Positions 47,683 through 57,300 of a stretch of 64,000 bases of DNA are shown in pieces. The stretch covers positions 287,929 through 351,928 of the forward strand of contig JBOEGF010000004.1 of NCBI GenBank assembly GCA_050633305.1. Direction: 5' to 3'. Origin of the DNA: Nannocystales bacterium. GTDB lineage: Bacteria > Myxococcota_A > Polyangia > Nannocystales > Nannocystaceae. The notes beneath the pieces are model-generated. The model was not told where the DNA came from. It ran no database searches and saw only the letters and a list, made by a program, of their open reading frames with translations. The stretch's first letter is position 1; every line of letters begins with the position of its first letter. The position numbers and the translations under genes are program-made.

Positions 47683-49536
47683 CTAGTAGAACGCGATCCT
47701 CAAGTCGGACAGCAGGGCGCTCAGCGTGGTCTTCCACGCGCGGTTCGGGTCTGCGGTGGTCGCCAAGGCGCCTTGGAACAGAGCCCAGCCCGCGTCGATG
47801 TCTGGGTGATCGGAGTCGAGTTCGGCGGCATACAGGCGCGCATGAAGCTGGACCAGCTCATCCCGGACCGCCCCCTCGGCGACGGTCTCCGGGTCGATAT
47901 TGAGTAAGGTGCCCTCGCCCGCTGCGGCCCGGTCGACCTCGTAGTGTGCCGCCTCTCGGGCCAACGTGGTGAGGACCAGGAGGTTGGGCGCGTTGTACGT
48001 ATGCGCGGCCTGGGTCACGAACATCGAGTCGATGCCGCCGCCGAGCACCCGGTAGCCCAGGAACGAGTCCTCGAGCAGCGGGACCCGTCCCAGGTTGACC
48101 GGTTCATCCGTTTCCTCATCGATGATCGAGGAGAAGTCCGCGACCCACCGGAAGCCCGTGAGGTCCTCGATCATGCTGCCGAGCGCCTGCGGCCGGGCCT
48201 TGAGCATCCCGACTCGCGCGGCGAGTTCGAGCTCGGCCTCGGTGGGGTTGTCGGCGTCCGCGGGCAGCACCGATGCGGTGCGGAAGTCGTCGCTCAGCAC
48301 GATCGCCTTGACGAGCGCCTTGGTGTCCAGCGCTGCGGCGAAGTCAGGCTCGAAGGCATCGAGCGCCTCGTCGGGCACATCCTCCACTGCGGTCTGGTGC
48401 AGGTACGACCAGACACGCCGGACCGCGCAGCTCGCAAAACGCGGGTCCTCCACGATGCGCTCCCCCAAGAACGCCAACCCGTCGCCTTCTTGCCCGTAAT
48501 ACGCCGCAGGCAGCATCGGAACATCGAGCAGTTCGGGGAAGAACTCCTGGTACCAGGGAAGCTCCATCGGGTACGGCGAGGCTTCGAGTTCCTGCTCCTC
48601 GGGGACATACAGCGGGTAGAACCCGCGGAAGTAGCTCGCGAGGGGATCGAGTTGGACGTGGCACGCCGCGCAGCTCGGGTTCTCGAGGACGGCATCGGCC
48701 ACAGCCTCGGGGTCCGAGAGGTCGACCGAGACATCCACGTCGACGTCTGTACTCGTGAAGTCCGCGCACAGGAATGCGCTGGCCACCAGGTTGGCGCGGC
48801 CGCGGTTGGCGTTTGAGTCGGTGCTGCGGTGGCGTTGGAACAGCCACGAGTCCGAGAGCACGCCCGCGTTGTCGCGACCGTCCGCCCACGTCGTGACCTC
48901 CCAGCCGCCGTTGCCTTCGTACGGGATGTCCCACACCGTTGCGACCGTGTCGTTGGCCAGGGTGTAGTCGGCGGTCACGACCTCGCTGTACGGAAGGTCG
49001 TTCATCACGACGTGCTCCACGAGTCGTAGCGGCGCTTGCATGACGTCGCGGTTGATCTCGTAGAAGTCGCGTCCCGCCAGAGCTCCCACGTTGGGGAACC
49101 CCGCCGGGTAGTAGGCGTAGTCCGGCTCGACCAGGAGCGCTTCGTTGTGCAGGTTCATGACCGTGCGACCAAACGCGGGCGAGTCGAGGTAGCCCTCAAC
49201 CAGCCCATCGATCGCGTCTGCGTTCGCTTGGACTGCAGCGACATCGTCGGCGGTCGGCCGGACCCCTCGCAGGGCCATCGACACGCGTACCAGGTGTTCG
49301 GTGGGCGTGAGAAAGTCGACCTCCACCGGAGGTTCGGCCTCTCCGGTCTCGTCCCCTGAGCTCTCGTCGGCCGCCGTCGCTCCCGAAGACTCGCCCTGAG
49401 TGCCCGAACTCGGGGCCCCGCTTCCCTCCGTGTCGCCCTCGGTCCCGCTTCCGCCTCCGCTTCCTCCGCCACCACAGGCGACAAGAAGACACGAGGTCAG
49501 AAGACGCGGTCCCCACATTCGCGTCCAGTCCGTCAT
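47683..49536 (-). CDS. Lipoprotein with c-type heme motif (DUF1585/DUF1588-like partner of DUF1501)
   Basis: Lipobox LVAC, NRGRAN..FLC, CAACH..LDPLA, FASCAVRRVW. Confidence 0.75.
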   Translation of the reverse strand: MTDWTRMWGPRLLTSCLLVACGGGGSGGGSGTEGDTEGSGAPSSGTQGESSGATAADESSGDETGEAEPPVEVDFLTPTEHLVRVSMALRGVRPTADDVAAVQANADAIDGLVEGYLDSPAFGRTVMNLHNEALLVEPDYAYYPAGFPNVGALAGRDFYEINRDVMQAPLRLVEHVVMNDLPYSEVVTADYTLANDTVATVWDIPYEGNGGWEVTTWADGRDNAGVLSDSWLFQRHRSTDSNANRGRANLVASAFLCADFTSTDVDVDVSVDLSDPEAVADAVLENPSCAACHVQLDPLASYFRGFYPLYVPEEQELEASPYPMELPWYQEFFPELLDVPMLPAAYYGQEGDGLAFLGERIVEDPRFASCAVRRVWSYLHQTAVEDVPDEALDAFEPDFAAALDTKALVKAIVLSDDFRTASVLPADADNPTEAELELAARVGMLKARPQALGSMIEDLTGFRWVADFSSIIDEETDEPVNLGRVPLLEDSFLGYRVLGGGIDSMFVTQAAHTYNAPNLLVLTTLAREAAHYEVDRAAAGEGTLLNIDPETVAEGAVRDELVQLHARLYAAELDSDHPDIDAGWALFQGALATTADPNRAWKTTLSALLSDLRIAFY

Positions 49537-49713
49537 AGCCCCACCCTCATGGAAGGATCGTGCCATGACCTCCAGGCCCCTGGTGCCAACACCTGGCGGC
49601 ACGACCCGTTGCAGGTTGCAACGGCACGCTGCCACGCTGCCGAAGTCTGCGCACCGAGGTCATGCCTCACGGGACCGCCTGCATTGGGTCGGACGCGGGG
49701 GCGCGGTTTCGAT

Positions 49714-50733
49714 TCAGTCCTGGCTGGACATGACGCCGGTTTCGTCGGCGTCCCACCATCGGGCCAGCTTGCCCAACCCCTGCTGGAGGTCGACCTGAGG
49801 CTCGTAGCCGAGATCGCGGCGGGCGGCCGAAATATCGAACCAATGCGAGGTGGTGAGCTCGCGAACGATCCACCGACTCATCCGAGGCTCGCCCTCGGCC
49901 CCAAGCAGTTTGTGCGCGGTCTCGAACACCCACCCCGCCGCCAGGGCGAGGCCGCGCGGCGCCGACCCGCGGATGGGGCTCTCGCCGGTGGCCTCGAGGA
50001 CGGCGTCGATGAACGCCCAGATCTCGACCGGTTCCCCCGACGAGATAAAGTATGCCTTGCCGCCGACGTCGTCTTGCCGCGACTTCAGAGCCTCGGCGGC
50101 CAGAAGGTGGGCCGAGACAGCGTCGTCGATGAACGTGATGTCCATCTTCTTGGGAGGTCCAGGCGTGACGATCCGCCTGAGCTTGTCTGCGCGCTCCCGC
50201 AGCCGAGGCAGGAGACTGCTGTCATTGGGCCCCCAAATGATGTGCGGGCGAAGGCAGACCGTGCCCAGCGCGTCGCCGCTGGCAGCCATGACCAGCCGTT
50301 CTGCTTCGGCCTTGGTCTGGGGATAGAACGCTTCGTAGCTCCCTGGGTAGGGGTGCGACTCATCGACGCCTTCCAGGTCCTCGTGGCCGAACACCACGCT
50401 GGGTGTCGAGGTGTACACCAGCCTGCTCACGCCCTGGCTCCGGCACGCGTCGATGACGTTCTGGGTCCCGACGACGTTGGTGCGATGAAAGTCCTCGTAG
50501 GCACCCGACGCGCCCACCATCGCGGCGACGTGAAAGACCACATCGCACCCCTTCACAGCCTCGGACACCACCGTGGCATCTGCGATGTCCCCTCGAAGGG
50601 TCTCGACACCGGCCCTGGACAACTCGGAGTACGCACTCCGGGTCAGCGTACGGACCGCGTGACCCCGTCCCAGCAGAGCAAAGACGATCCCTCGTCCGAG
50701 AAAGCCTCCGCCACCAGTGACGAGTGCTCTCAT
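49714..50733 (-). CDS. oleD: 2-alkyl-3-oxoalkanoate reductase (extended SDR)
   Basis: TGGGGFLG, HVAA, YTSTPSV, YPQTK, LRPHIIWGP; last gene of oleABCD. Confidence 0.88.
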   Translation of the reverse strand: MRALVTGGGGFLGRGIVFALLGRGHAVRTLTRSAYSELSRAGVETLRGDIADATVVSEAVKGCDVVFHVAAMVGASGAYEDFHRTNVVGTQNVIDACRSQGVSRLVYTSTPSVVFGHEDLEGVDESHPYPGSYEAFYPQTKAEAERLVMAASGDALGTVCLRPHIIWGPNDSSLLPRLRERADKLRRIVTPGPPKKMDITFIDDAVSAHLLAAEALKSRQDDVGGKAYFISSGEPVEIWAFIDAVLEATGESPIRGSAPRGLALAAGWVFETAHKLLGAEGEPRMSRWIVRELTTSHWFDISAARRDLGYEPQVDLQQGLGKLARWWDADETGVMSSQD

Positions 50734-52385
50734 CTGGTTTCCGCCACCGCCCACGCCGCCAGCTTCTCACGGAAGATCTTCGAGTTGTGACGCACATCCA
50801 CCGGGAAGCTCCCGCGGTGGTGAAGGAAGGTGTCGATCGAGCGCGTCGTCTCGTGCTTCGCGGCCAGGGCCCGGATCTTCGGCTCTGTGGCCGACCACTG
50901 CGCTCCGGGCGTCAACTCGACGCAGATCGCCGGGGTCGCCTGCCCCGGCTCACCGAGCGGGACGAGTGCCGAGCGGCGGATCTCCGGCAAAGTGTTGAAG
51001 ATCGCCTCGCACGGGACAGTGAACATCGGTCCATCTGCCGTCTGCACCCGATGCGCCTTGCGTCCGCACATCCACAGCCGTCCCTGCGGATCGAGCATGC
51101 CGACATCGCCCATTCGATGCCGGACCGACTCGCCATCGGGAATCTTGGCGAGGGCGGTCGAGTCCTCACGGCGGTAATACGCAGGCGTCACCACCGGCCC
51201 TTTGACGACGATCTCTCCAATCTCTCCGGTGGGGAGCGGGGTGACATCAGACCAGGCGCGAATCGGATCGTCGGAGATCGGGATGATGGCGACCTCCATC
51301 GAGGGCACCGCCTCACCGACGCAGACGCCCTGCCCCGCCTCGGTTCCGTGTCGGGTCTCCGAGAGAATGGTGTCCGAACCCAGGACGGCGACCGGAAGCG
51401 ACTCGGTCGCGCCATAGGGCGTGAAGACCTGGGCGCCTTCGGTCAAACAGGGCGCGAACCGTTCCAGCGATGGGATGGACGCGGGCGCTCCCGCCGAGAT
51501 GGCCCGCCGCAGCGACGACATCTCGAGCCCCTTCGTTTCGCAGTGCCGCCCCAGCTTGTCGATCAGAGCCGGGGAGGCAAACATGTTGGTGCAGTCATAG
51601 TCGCCCAACGCTTGCATGAGGTTGTTGGGGTCGGCCTCCGCCGGCCTGGACGCGTCCATGATCGGGACGACCGACGCCATCCCGAGCGCGGGCCCAAACA
51701 ACGCGAACAGTGGGAACGTCGCCAAGTCGCGCTCACCGGGTTCGATGCCAAAGCACACCTGCAGAAGACGGACCTGATTGGCAAACACGCGGTGCGGTGT
51801 GACGACGCCCTTGGGCACCCCCGTACTTCCTGAGGTGAACAAGACCGCCGCCATCTCCTCCGCATCGGGCTCGATAGGCTCAAAGACCGTGTCGGGGCTC
51901 TGGGCCTCCAACTTGGACAGCGTCACCCCGCCACCGGGGATTCGCGGACCGACCATGACCTTGATCTTCACGGTCTTTCGCGCCCATCCCAGCGCAAACC
52001 GAGCAACATGGGCCTTGGGGATCCCGATGAAGGCCTCCGGCTGCGCTTCCGCCAGACAGGTGCCCAGGTTCTTCACGCCCATTCCGGGATCGACGAGCAC
52101 CGGGACCGCACCCACCTTCAACAAGGCAAACGTGAGCGCGAAGAAGTCAGGACCGGGCGTCACCATCAACACGGTGCGGACGCCCCGCGTGATGCCGATA
52201 CGCACGAGCCCATGGGCGATCTTGTTGCTGCGGGCCTCGAGCTGCGCTGCGGTGAGTTCGTCGTAGACCGTAGTGCCGCCAGGCCCCTTTCTCGCGACGG
52301 CGACCGCGAGCGCGTCGGGCTGCTCGGCTGCCCGGCGAGGCAGCCAGGCCGCGACGTTGAGGAACTCGGGCTGCGGGACGCTCAT
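50730..52385 (-). CDS. oleC: Olefin beta-lactone synthetase (AMP-dependent ligase)
   Basis: FTSGSTGVPKG, TFPLFALF, TPYGATE, HRMGD, PVDVRHNSKIFRE; ATGA overlaps on both sides. Confidence 0.92.
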   Translation of the reverse strand: MSVPQPEFLNVAAWLPRRAAEQPDALAVAVARKGPGGTTVYDELTAAQLEARSNKIAHGLVRIGITRGVRTVLMVTPGPDFFALTFALLKVGAVPVLVDPGMGVKNLGTCLAEAQPEAFIGIPKAHVARFALGWARKTVKIKVMVGPRIPGGGVTLSKLEAQSPDTVFEPIEPDAEEMAAVLFTSGSTGVPKGVVTPHRVFANQVRLLQVCFGIEPGERDLATFPLFALFGPALGMASVVPIMDASRPAEADPNNLMQALGDYDCTNMFASPALIDKLGRHCETKGLEMSSLRRAISAGAPASIPSLERFAPCLTEGAQVFTPYGATESLPVAVLGSDTILSETRHGTEAGQGVCVGEAVPSMEVAIIPISDDPIRAWSDVTPLPTGEIGEIVVKGPVVTPAYYRREDSTALAKIPDGESVRHRMGDVGMLDPQGRLWMCGRKAHRVQTADGPMFTVPCEAIFNTLPEIRRSALVPLGEPGQATPAICVELTPGAQWSATEPKIRALAAKHETTRSIDTFLHHRGSFPVDVRHNSKIFREKLAAWAVAETR

Positions 52386-53284
52386 GCCCGAGCCTCCGGC
52401 GACGACGCGGGCGGTTCGATGAAGGCCGCGATCTTCGGGACAAGGTCCTCGGTCGCGTCTTCGAGGATGTAGTGCCCACAGTCGTCGTAGCGGTGCACCT
52501 GGGCCTCGGGGAACCGGCGCTCCCACTCGGCGAGGAAGTGTCGATCAAACACGAAGTCCTTGAGCCCCCAGCCGATGAACATCGGCTTCCCCGACAGGCG
52601 GGTCAGGCCGTTTTGAGTGGCCTCGATCGCGGAGAACGCCCGGTCCCGTGGATGGAGCGGGATATCCGTCACGAAGCGATGGACCGCGACCCGATCGGAC
52701 CAGTTTTGGTACGGCTCGAGGTAGCCCGCGGCGACCTCGTCAGACATCGGACGCTTCGTGACACAGAACCGGTTTGCGCCCCGGACGAACGCGTTCGCGC
52801 CCCGGACCAGGAGCCCTCCGAGCCCCGGAACTCGAGCCAACGTCAGGGCAGCGGGGAAGGTCTTGCCCGAGGGGAGGTGGAACGCGGCGGTGTTGAGGAC
52901 GACCATCTGCTTGATCTGCTCCGCATGGTCGACCGCCCAGCCGAAGCCGATGCCCCCCCCCCAATCGTGCACAACGAGCGTGATGTCCTCGAGCCCCAGA
53001 TGCTCCACCAGCGCTCCGAGGTCGTCGATGCGCGAGCGCAGGGTGTACTCGTACTCTTCTTCGGACGGTTTGTCCGATCGCCCGCAGCCGATGTGGTCCG
53101 GCGCGATCACGCGGTGCGTTTGCTTCAGCGCGGAGATCAGGTTGCGCCAGTAGAACGACCATGTCGGGTTGCCGTGCACCATCAGCACGACCGGTCCGTC
53201 TCGCGGTCCTTCGTCGACGTAGTGGTAGCGATGGCCTCCGCGATCGAGCACGGCGGTATTGAAGGGATAGAGCGTCTCGTTCAC
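52382..53284 (-). CDS. oleB: cis-beta-lactone decarboxylase (haloalkane-dehalogenase-like)
   Basis: HYVDEG, HGNPTWSFY, PDHIGCG, HDWGG, GHYILED; GTGA overlap with the oleA stop. Confidence 0.9.
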   Translation of the reverse strand: MNETLYPFNTAVLDRGGHRYHYVDEGPRDGPVVLMVHGNPTWSFYWRNLISALKQTHRVIAPDHIGCGRSDKPSEEEYEYTLRSRIDDLGALVEHLGLEDITLVVHDWGGGIGFGWAVDHAEQIKQMVVLNTAAFHLPSGKTFPAALTLARVPGLGGLLVRGANAFVRGANRFCVTKRPMSDEVAAGYLEPYQNWSDRVAVHRFVTDIPLHPRDRAFSAIEATQNGLTRLSGKPMFIGWGLKDFVFDRHFLAEWERRFPEAQVHRYDDCGHYILEDATEDLVPKIAAFIEPPASSPEARA

Positions 53285-54351
53285 CAGGTCACTCCGAGCA
53301 TCATGCAGTTGAGGCCGCTGCCGATTCCAAGCAGGCCCACACGGTGGCCTGGCAGCAAAAAGTCGCGCTCGCCGGCCAGCGCGGTGGCCAGCGGCAAGGC
53401 TACGGTACCGATGTTGCCAAGGTACTCGTAGGCGGCGAAGTCCGCGGACGGATCGCGCTGGAGCGTGCTCAGCATCGTGTTGCGGTGGGCGGCGCCAATC
53501 TGATGGCAGACCGTCCGGTCGACGTCTGTGCTGGACCAGCCCGTGGTCTCCAAGAAGTCCGACCAGGTCTCCCGACCCAATGTCACGCCGTGTTCGAGTA
53601 CCCCAGACGCGTCGGTCGCCGCGAAGGGGCGCAGCGCGGGGTCGTTGTCCGGCGCGCTCGCATCGGGGTGTGGCTCCAGTCCCCAGCGGCACAGACGGTG
53701 ATGGGCCGGCGCCGCCCGGGTGGCAACCCCGTGCAGCTGATGGCCGCCGTACCGCGTTCCGGTCACCAGCACCGCGATGGCGCCCGAACCTCCCGTGAAG
53801 GTCGCAACCGAGCGAACGTAGCGTGCCATCGTCGGGTCGGCGTTGAGGCGAGCGATGGTCGCTTCGTTGATCTCTCGGGCGGTCTCGCATGCCACCACGA
53901 GCCCGGCCTCGATCTGCCCCAGTGCGATGCGGTTGGCCACCTCGACAATCCCGGTCACCACGCCGAGGCAAGCGTTACTCACGTCGAAGACCGCCGCGCT
54001 CGGGCTGATCGCGTGTCCCCGAGCCTCCAGCCCCGCCGCGACATGGCAGGCGGTCGCGGGCTCGAAATGCTCTCGGCACACTGCTCCGTAGACCAGCATG
54101 CCGATGTCCGCGGCCGGAACGTCGTGGGCGTCGAGGCAGCGCTGGGCGGCCAAGATGGCTCCCTCCGTCACGGGATACCCCGGCTCCCACCATCGTCTCT
54201 CGACGATGCCCGTCATGCTCTCGAGTTGCCCCGGTGGGACGCGCAGCTTGGCGTAGGCGGGGGCCAGCTCGTCTTCGAGGTCCTCCGTGGCCACAATGAC
54301 CGGCGCGAGGGCGTAGCCGAAGCCGTGCACGTAAACGTTGTCGTAGTTCAT
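53281..54351 (-). CDS. oleA: Thiolase-fold head-to-head acyl condensing enzyme
   Basis: GIVERRWW, EPATA, SNACLG, CHQIG, GNIG, GIGSGLN; ATGA overlap with the PUFA synthase stop. Confidence 0.92.
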   Translation of the reverse strand: MNYDNVYVHGFGYALAPVIVATEDLEDELAPAYAKLRVPPGQLESMTGIVERRWWEPGYPVTEGAILAAQRCLDAHDVPAADIGMLVYGAVCREHFEPATACHVAAGLEARGHAISPSAAVFDVSNACLGVVTGIVEVANRIALGQIEAGLVVACETAREINEATIARLNADPTMARYVRSVATFTGGSGAIAVLVTGTRYGGHQLHGVATRAAPAHHRLCRWGLEPHPDASAPDNDPALRPFAATDASGVLEHGVTLGRETWSDFLETTGWSSTDVDRTVCHQIGAAHRNTMLSTLQRDPSADFAAYEYLGNIGTVALPLATALAGERDFLLPGHRVGLLGIGSGLNCMMLGVTW

Positions 54352-57300
54352 CGAGCCTCCAGGGCGAAGCGCTGCATGGCGTAGATCGGGCGGCCGTCGA
54401 CCACGAGGATGCCCTCGGCTTCCACGACCTGACGCCCGGCATCCACCGAGACGATGTGAACCTGGACCGTCACCGTGCTCGCCGACGGAACAACCTGGCC
54501 TCGGTACTCCCAGGCGTGCTCGTGCCCCACGGGCATCGTCGAGAACGCCGCATCCGCGCTCAGGTCAAAGCGGTCGATCGCGTAGACCTTGAGCAGCTGC
54601 AGGAACGCCTCGAGCCCCAGCGACCCTGGCCACACCGGGTCTTCGTGAAAGTGCGCCTCGAAGAACCAAAAACTCGGGTCGACGTCGATCGAGCCCTCGA
54701 CGAAGCCTTGCCCGTGTTTGCCCGCGTCGTCCACCCAGAGGTCGACACGGTCGATCATCCGCCACTTGGAGCTGGGCATGGGCGGGCTGTCCGGCACCCG
54801 CATCGGAGGTCGGCTCCGGGCTCGCTCGGACTCCGAGAGTACGTGCGGAAGGACCTCGCGAAGCCCCTTCTGCTCCGCGAGCGCTCCCACCGTGAAGAAC
54901 CCGAAGTAGGTCGTACCCTCGTAGATGGTGTCGCCGGCTTGGCTGTAGACGCCGAAGTCGAAGTGCTGGATCACCATGCCTCCGGACTGGGACACGCTGG
55001 TCATCGTCGAACGCATCACCAACACGTCGTCGTCGGAGGCGATGGGTCGATGCAGGGTCGCGGTGCCGCCGAGGTTACGGAACTTCAGATCGACGTCGGC
55101 GGTAAGCGCCGAGCCCGCATAGGCGGCGAGCCACCCGCAGGCCTGCAGGCCAATCTCGAGCAGCACCGCGAAGGCCATGTCTTGCTGCCCGTTCGCCTCC
55201 AGGGTCCATGCCCACGTCGCGCGATCGACCTCGGCGACACAGCGCGGCCCGGCCTCGCACACGAACGGCGTGCCAGAGACCTCGGGCACGCGGTCCATGA
55301 ACTGAAACGGTGCCCCAGGCAGTCGGGCAATGTTGCGGTCGGGTCCGTCAAACACGAGGTACGGCGCCCCGAAGGCATCACTGGGTTTGCCATACGCGTA
55401 CGCCTCGAGGCTCGACTTGTCGTAGACCCGCGCCGGGGCAAGCCCAGGCTCGGCGCTCTGCCCCCAGGTGCGTCGCAGGTCGTCTACAGTGGCGCCACGC
55501 AGCTGGCAGGACATGTCCTCGATGTCCACGATCCGCTTGCCGTCCGCGAACATCGTCGCATCGCAGATGACCCAGGGCTCCGGGTCCGCACCAAACTGAC
55601 GCATTGTGATTTTGTAGGTGACCACCTGGGTGTGTCCCAGCACTTGGCCCCTGCACTTGAGGCGACTGCGCACCCCGGCCCGCGGCTCGAAGGACGCATG
55701 AGCGTCCGCAACCCAACCGATCGACAGCAGAAACACCCGCAAGGTGTGCAGACAGCACTCGTACATGAGCGTGCCCGGCATGACGGGGTCATCGACGAAG
55801 TGGCACGTGATGAACCAGTCGTCCGGATGGATGTCCGCCTGGCCCTCGACCACGCCCAGGCCGAACTCGCCGCCATCCGGATCGAGCTGGGTGATCCGAT
55901 GCACGAGATTCATCGGAGCTCCGGGGAGCGTTCGGGGCTGAGACACCGGAAGCGCCGCAAAAGCGGATCCGAATGCCGTCTGTAGGTCGCCAGATCGCAA
56001 CGCATCGAGTTGCGCCGCGTCGAGCGTGCGCGTGGTGAGCGGAGCGAAGGTGGGGCGTTCGGCGACGGTGCTTCGGGGGCGCTGCGCCAACAGCCCGCCA
56101 TCGACGACGCCCTTGCCGGCTGCCAGGGCGGCCTCGGAGAAGAAGCCCGCGCAGCCGTCCCGCATCGTCATCAACGGCTCCCCGTCGACGGTGGCGTCGA
56201 ACCCAAAGCGGAACAGCCACGTCTCGCCCTGCCGGAAGAAGCTGTCAATACGGATGTCGTAGTGGATCGTCGAACCGACCGCAGGCAGTCGTCCATGGAA
56301 GGTCACCGTCGCGTCGAGCAAGCGGTAGACCGCCTCGCCCTGGGTCTGGGCGTCGACCCCGAGGAACGCGGAGAGAAACAGGTCTGCTTGTCCGGCCTCC
56401 ACGGCCACGCAGGTCGGGATCCGGTCCGCATCCAGGTACCAAAGCCCCGGCCGGACGTCGTGCTCGGTGATGACCCGGCCGTGCGACATCGAGTGCGGCT
56501 CGCCTTCGATGTCCAAGATCCTGTCGACCAACATCAAGGGTTCGTCGGGCAGCCGAACGCGGGTGGGGTGCGCATCCGCGGCCGCGAACGAGGGCCCCAA
56601 GACGTCGCCGATCTTGCCCCGGGCGAACCGCAGGCACGCCTCGCGGTCGAGGGCCCTCGGGGGGGTCGGCTCGGCCCACGTCTGCGGCGAGGCTGCAGGC
56701 ACCACTGCGATGGCGTGCCCCGCTTGACGCGCCGCCAGCATGGCTGTGGCGGCTTCCATGAATGCGCTCTGACTGGCCAGGAATGCCGCGTGGGCGTCGG
56801 CCGTGGCGGAAAGCGGAGCCAGCCAGGCTGGGGATGCGGAGCCAGGGACAGTGCGAGCGGCGGACATGGCAGACGACGGAGAAACCGAGAGCGCGGGCGG
56901 AGGCGCAGAGATGACCGCGCGTGTGGGCCGGGGGGGTGCTTCAGGCTCCACGCCGACAGGGAGCACACCGAGCGGGCCGCGCCCGACCTCGAGATGGACC
57001 GCGGCACCCGCGGGCGCTTCGAGGCTCATCGCAGGGCGCACAAAGGGGTCGGTGGTGTACAGGGGCGCGAGGTCGAGCGGCACGCGATGCGTCGCCAGCC
57101 AACCCAGCAAGCGAACGATGGCCGAGCGGCCCTGACTCGTCGGCGAGGAGACCGAGCGTGCGAAGAACGGACGATCGCCCGCGCTGCGCAGGATCGCGTC
57201 GATCATTCGGGTGCACGAGGCCCCGGGCCCAAGCTCGACAAACAGCCGCACGCCGTCCTCCCACGCTTGCCGAATGACCGCGGGATAGTCGAGACCGTCA

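Noticed and set aside
52382..53284. Haloalkane dehalogenase
   Set aside because: Position between oleA and oleC identifies it as OleB.
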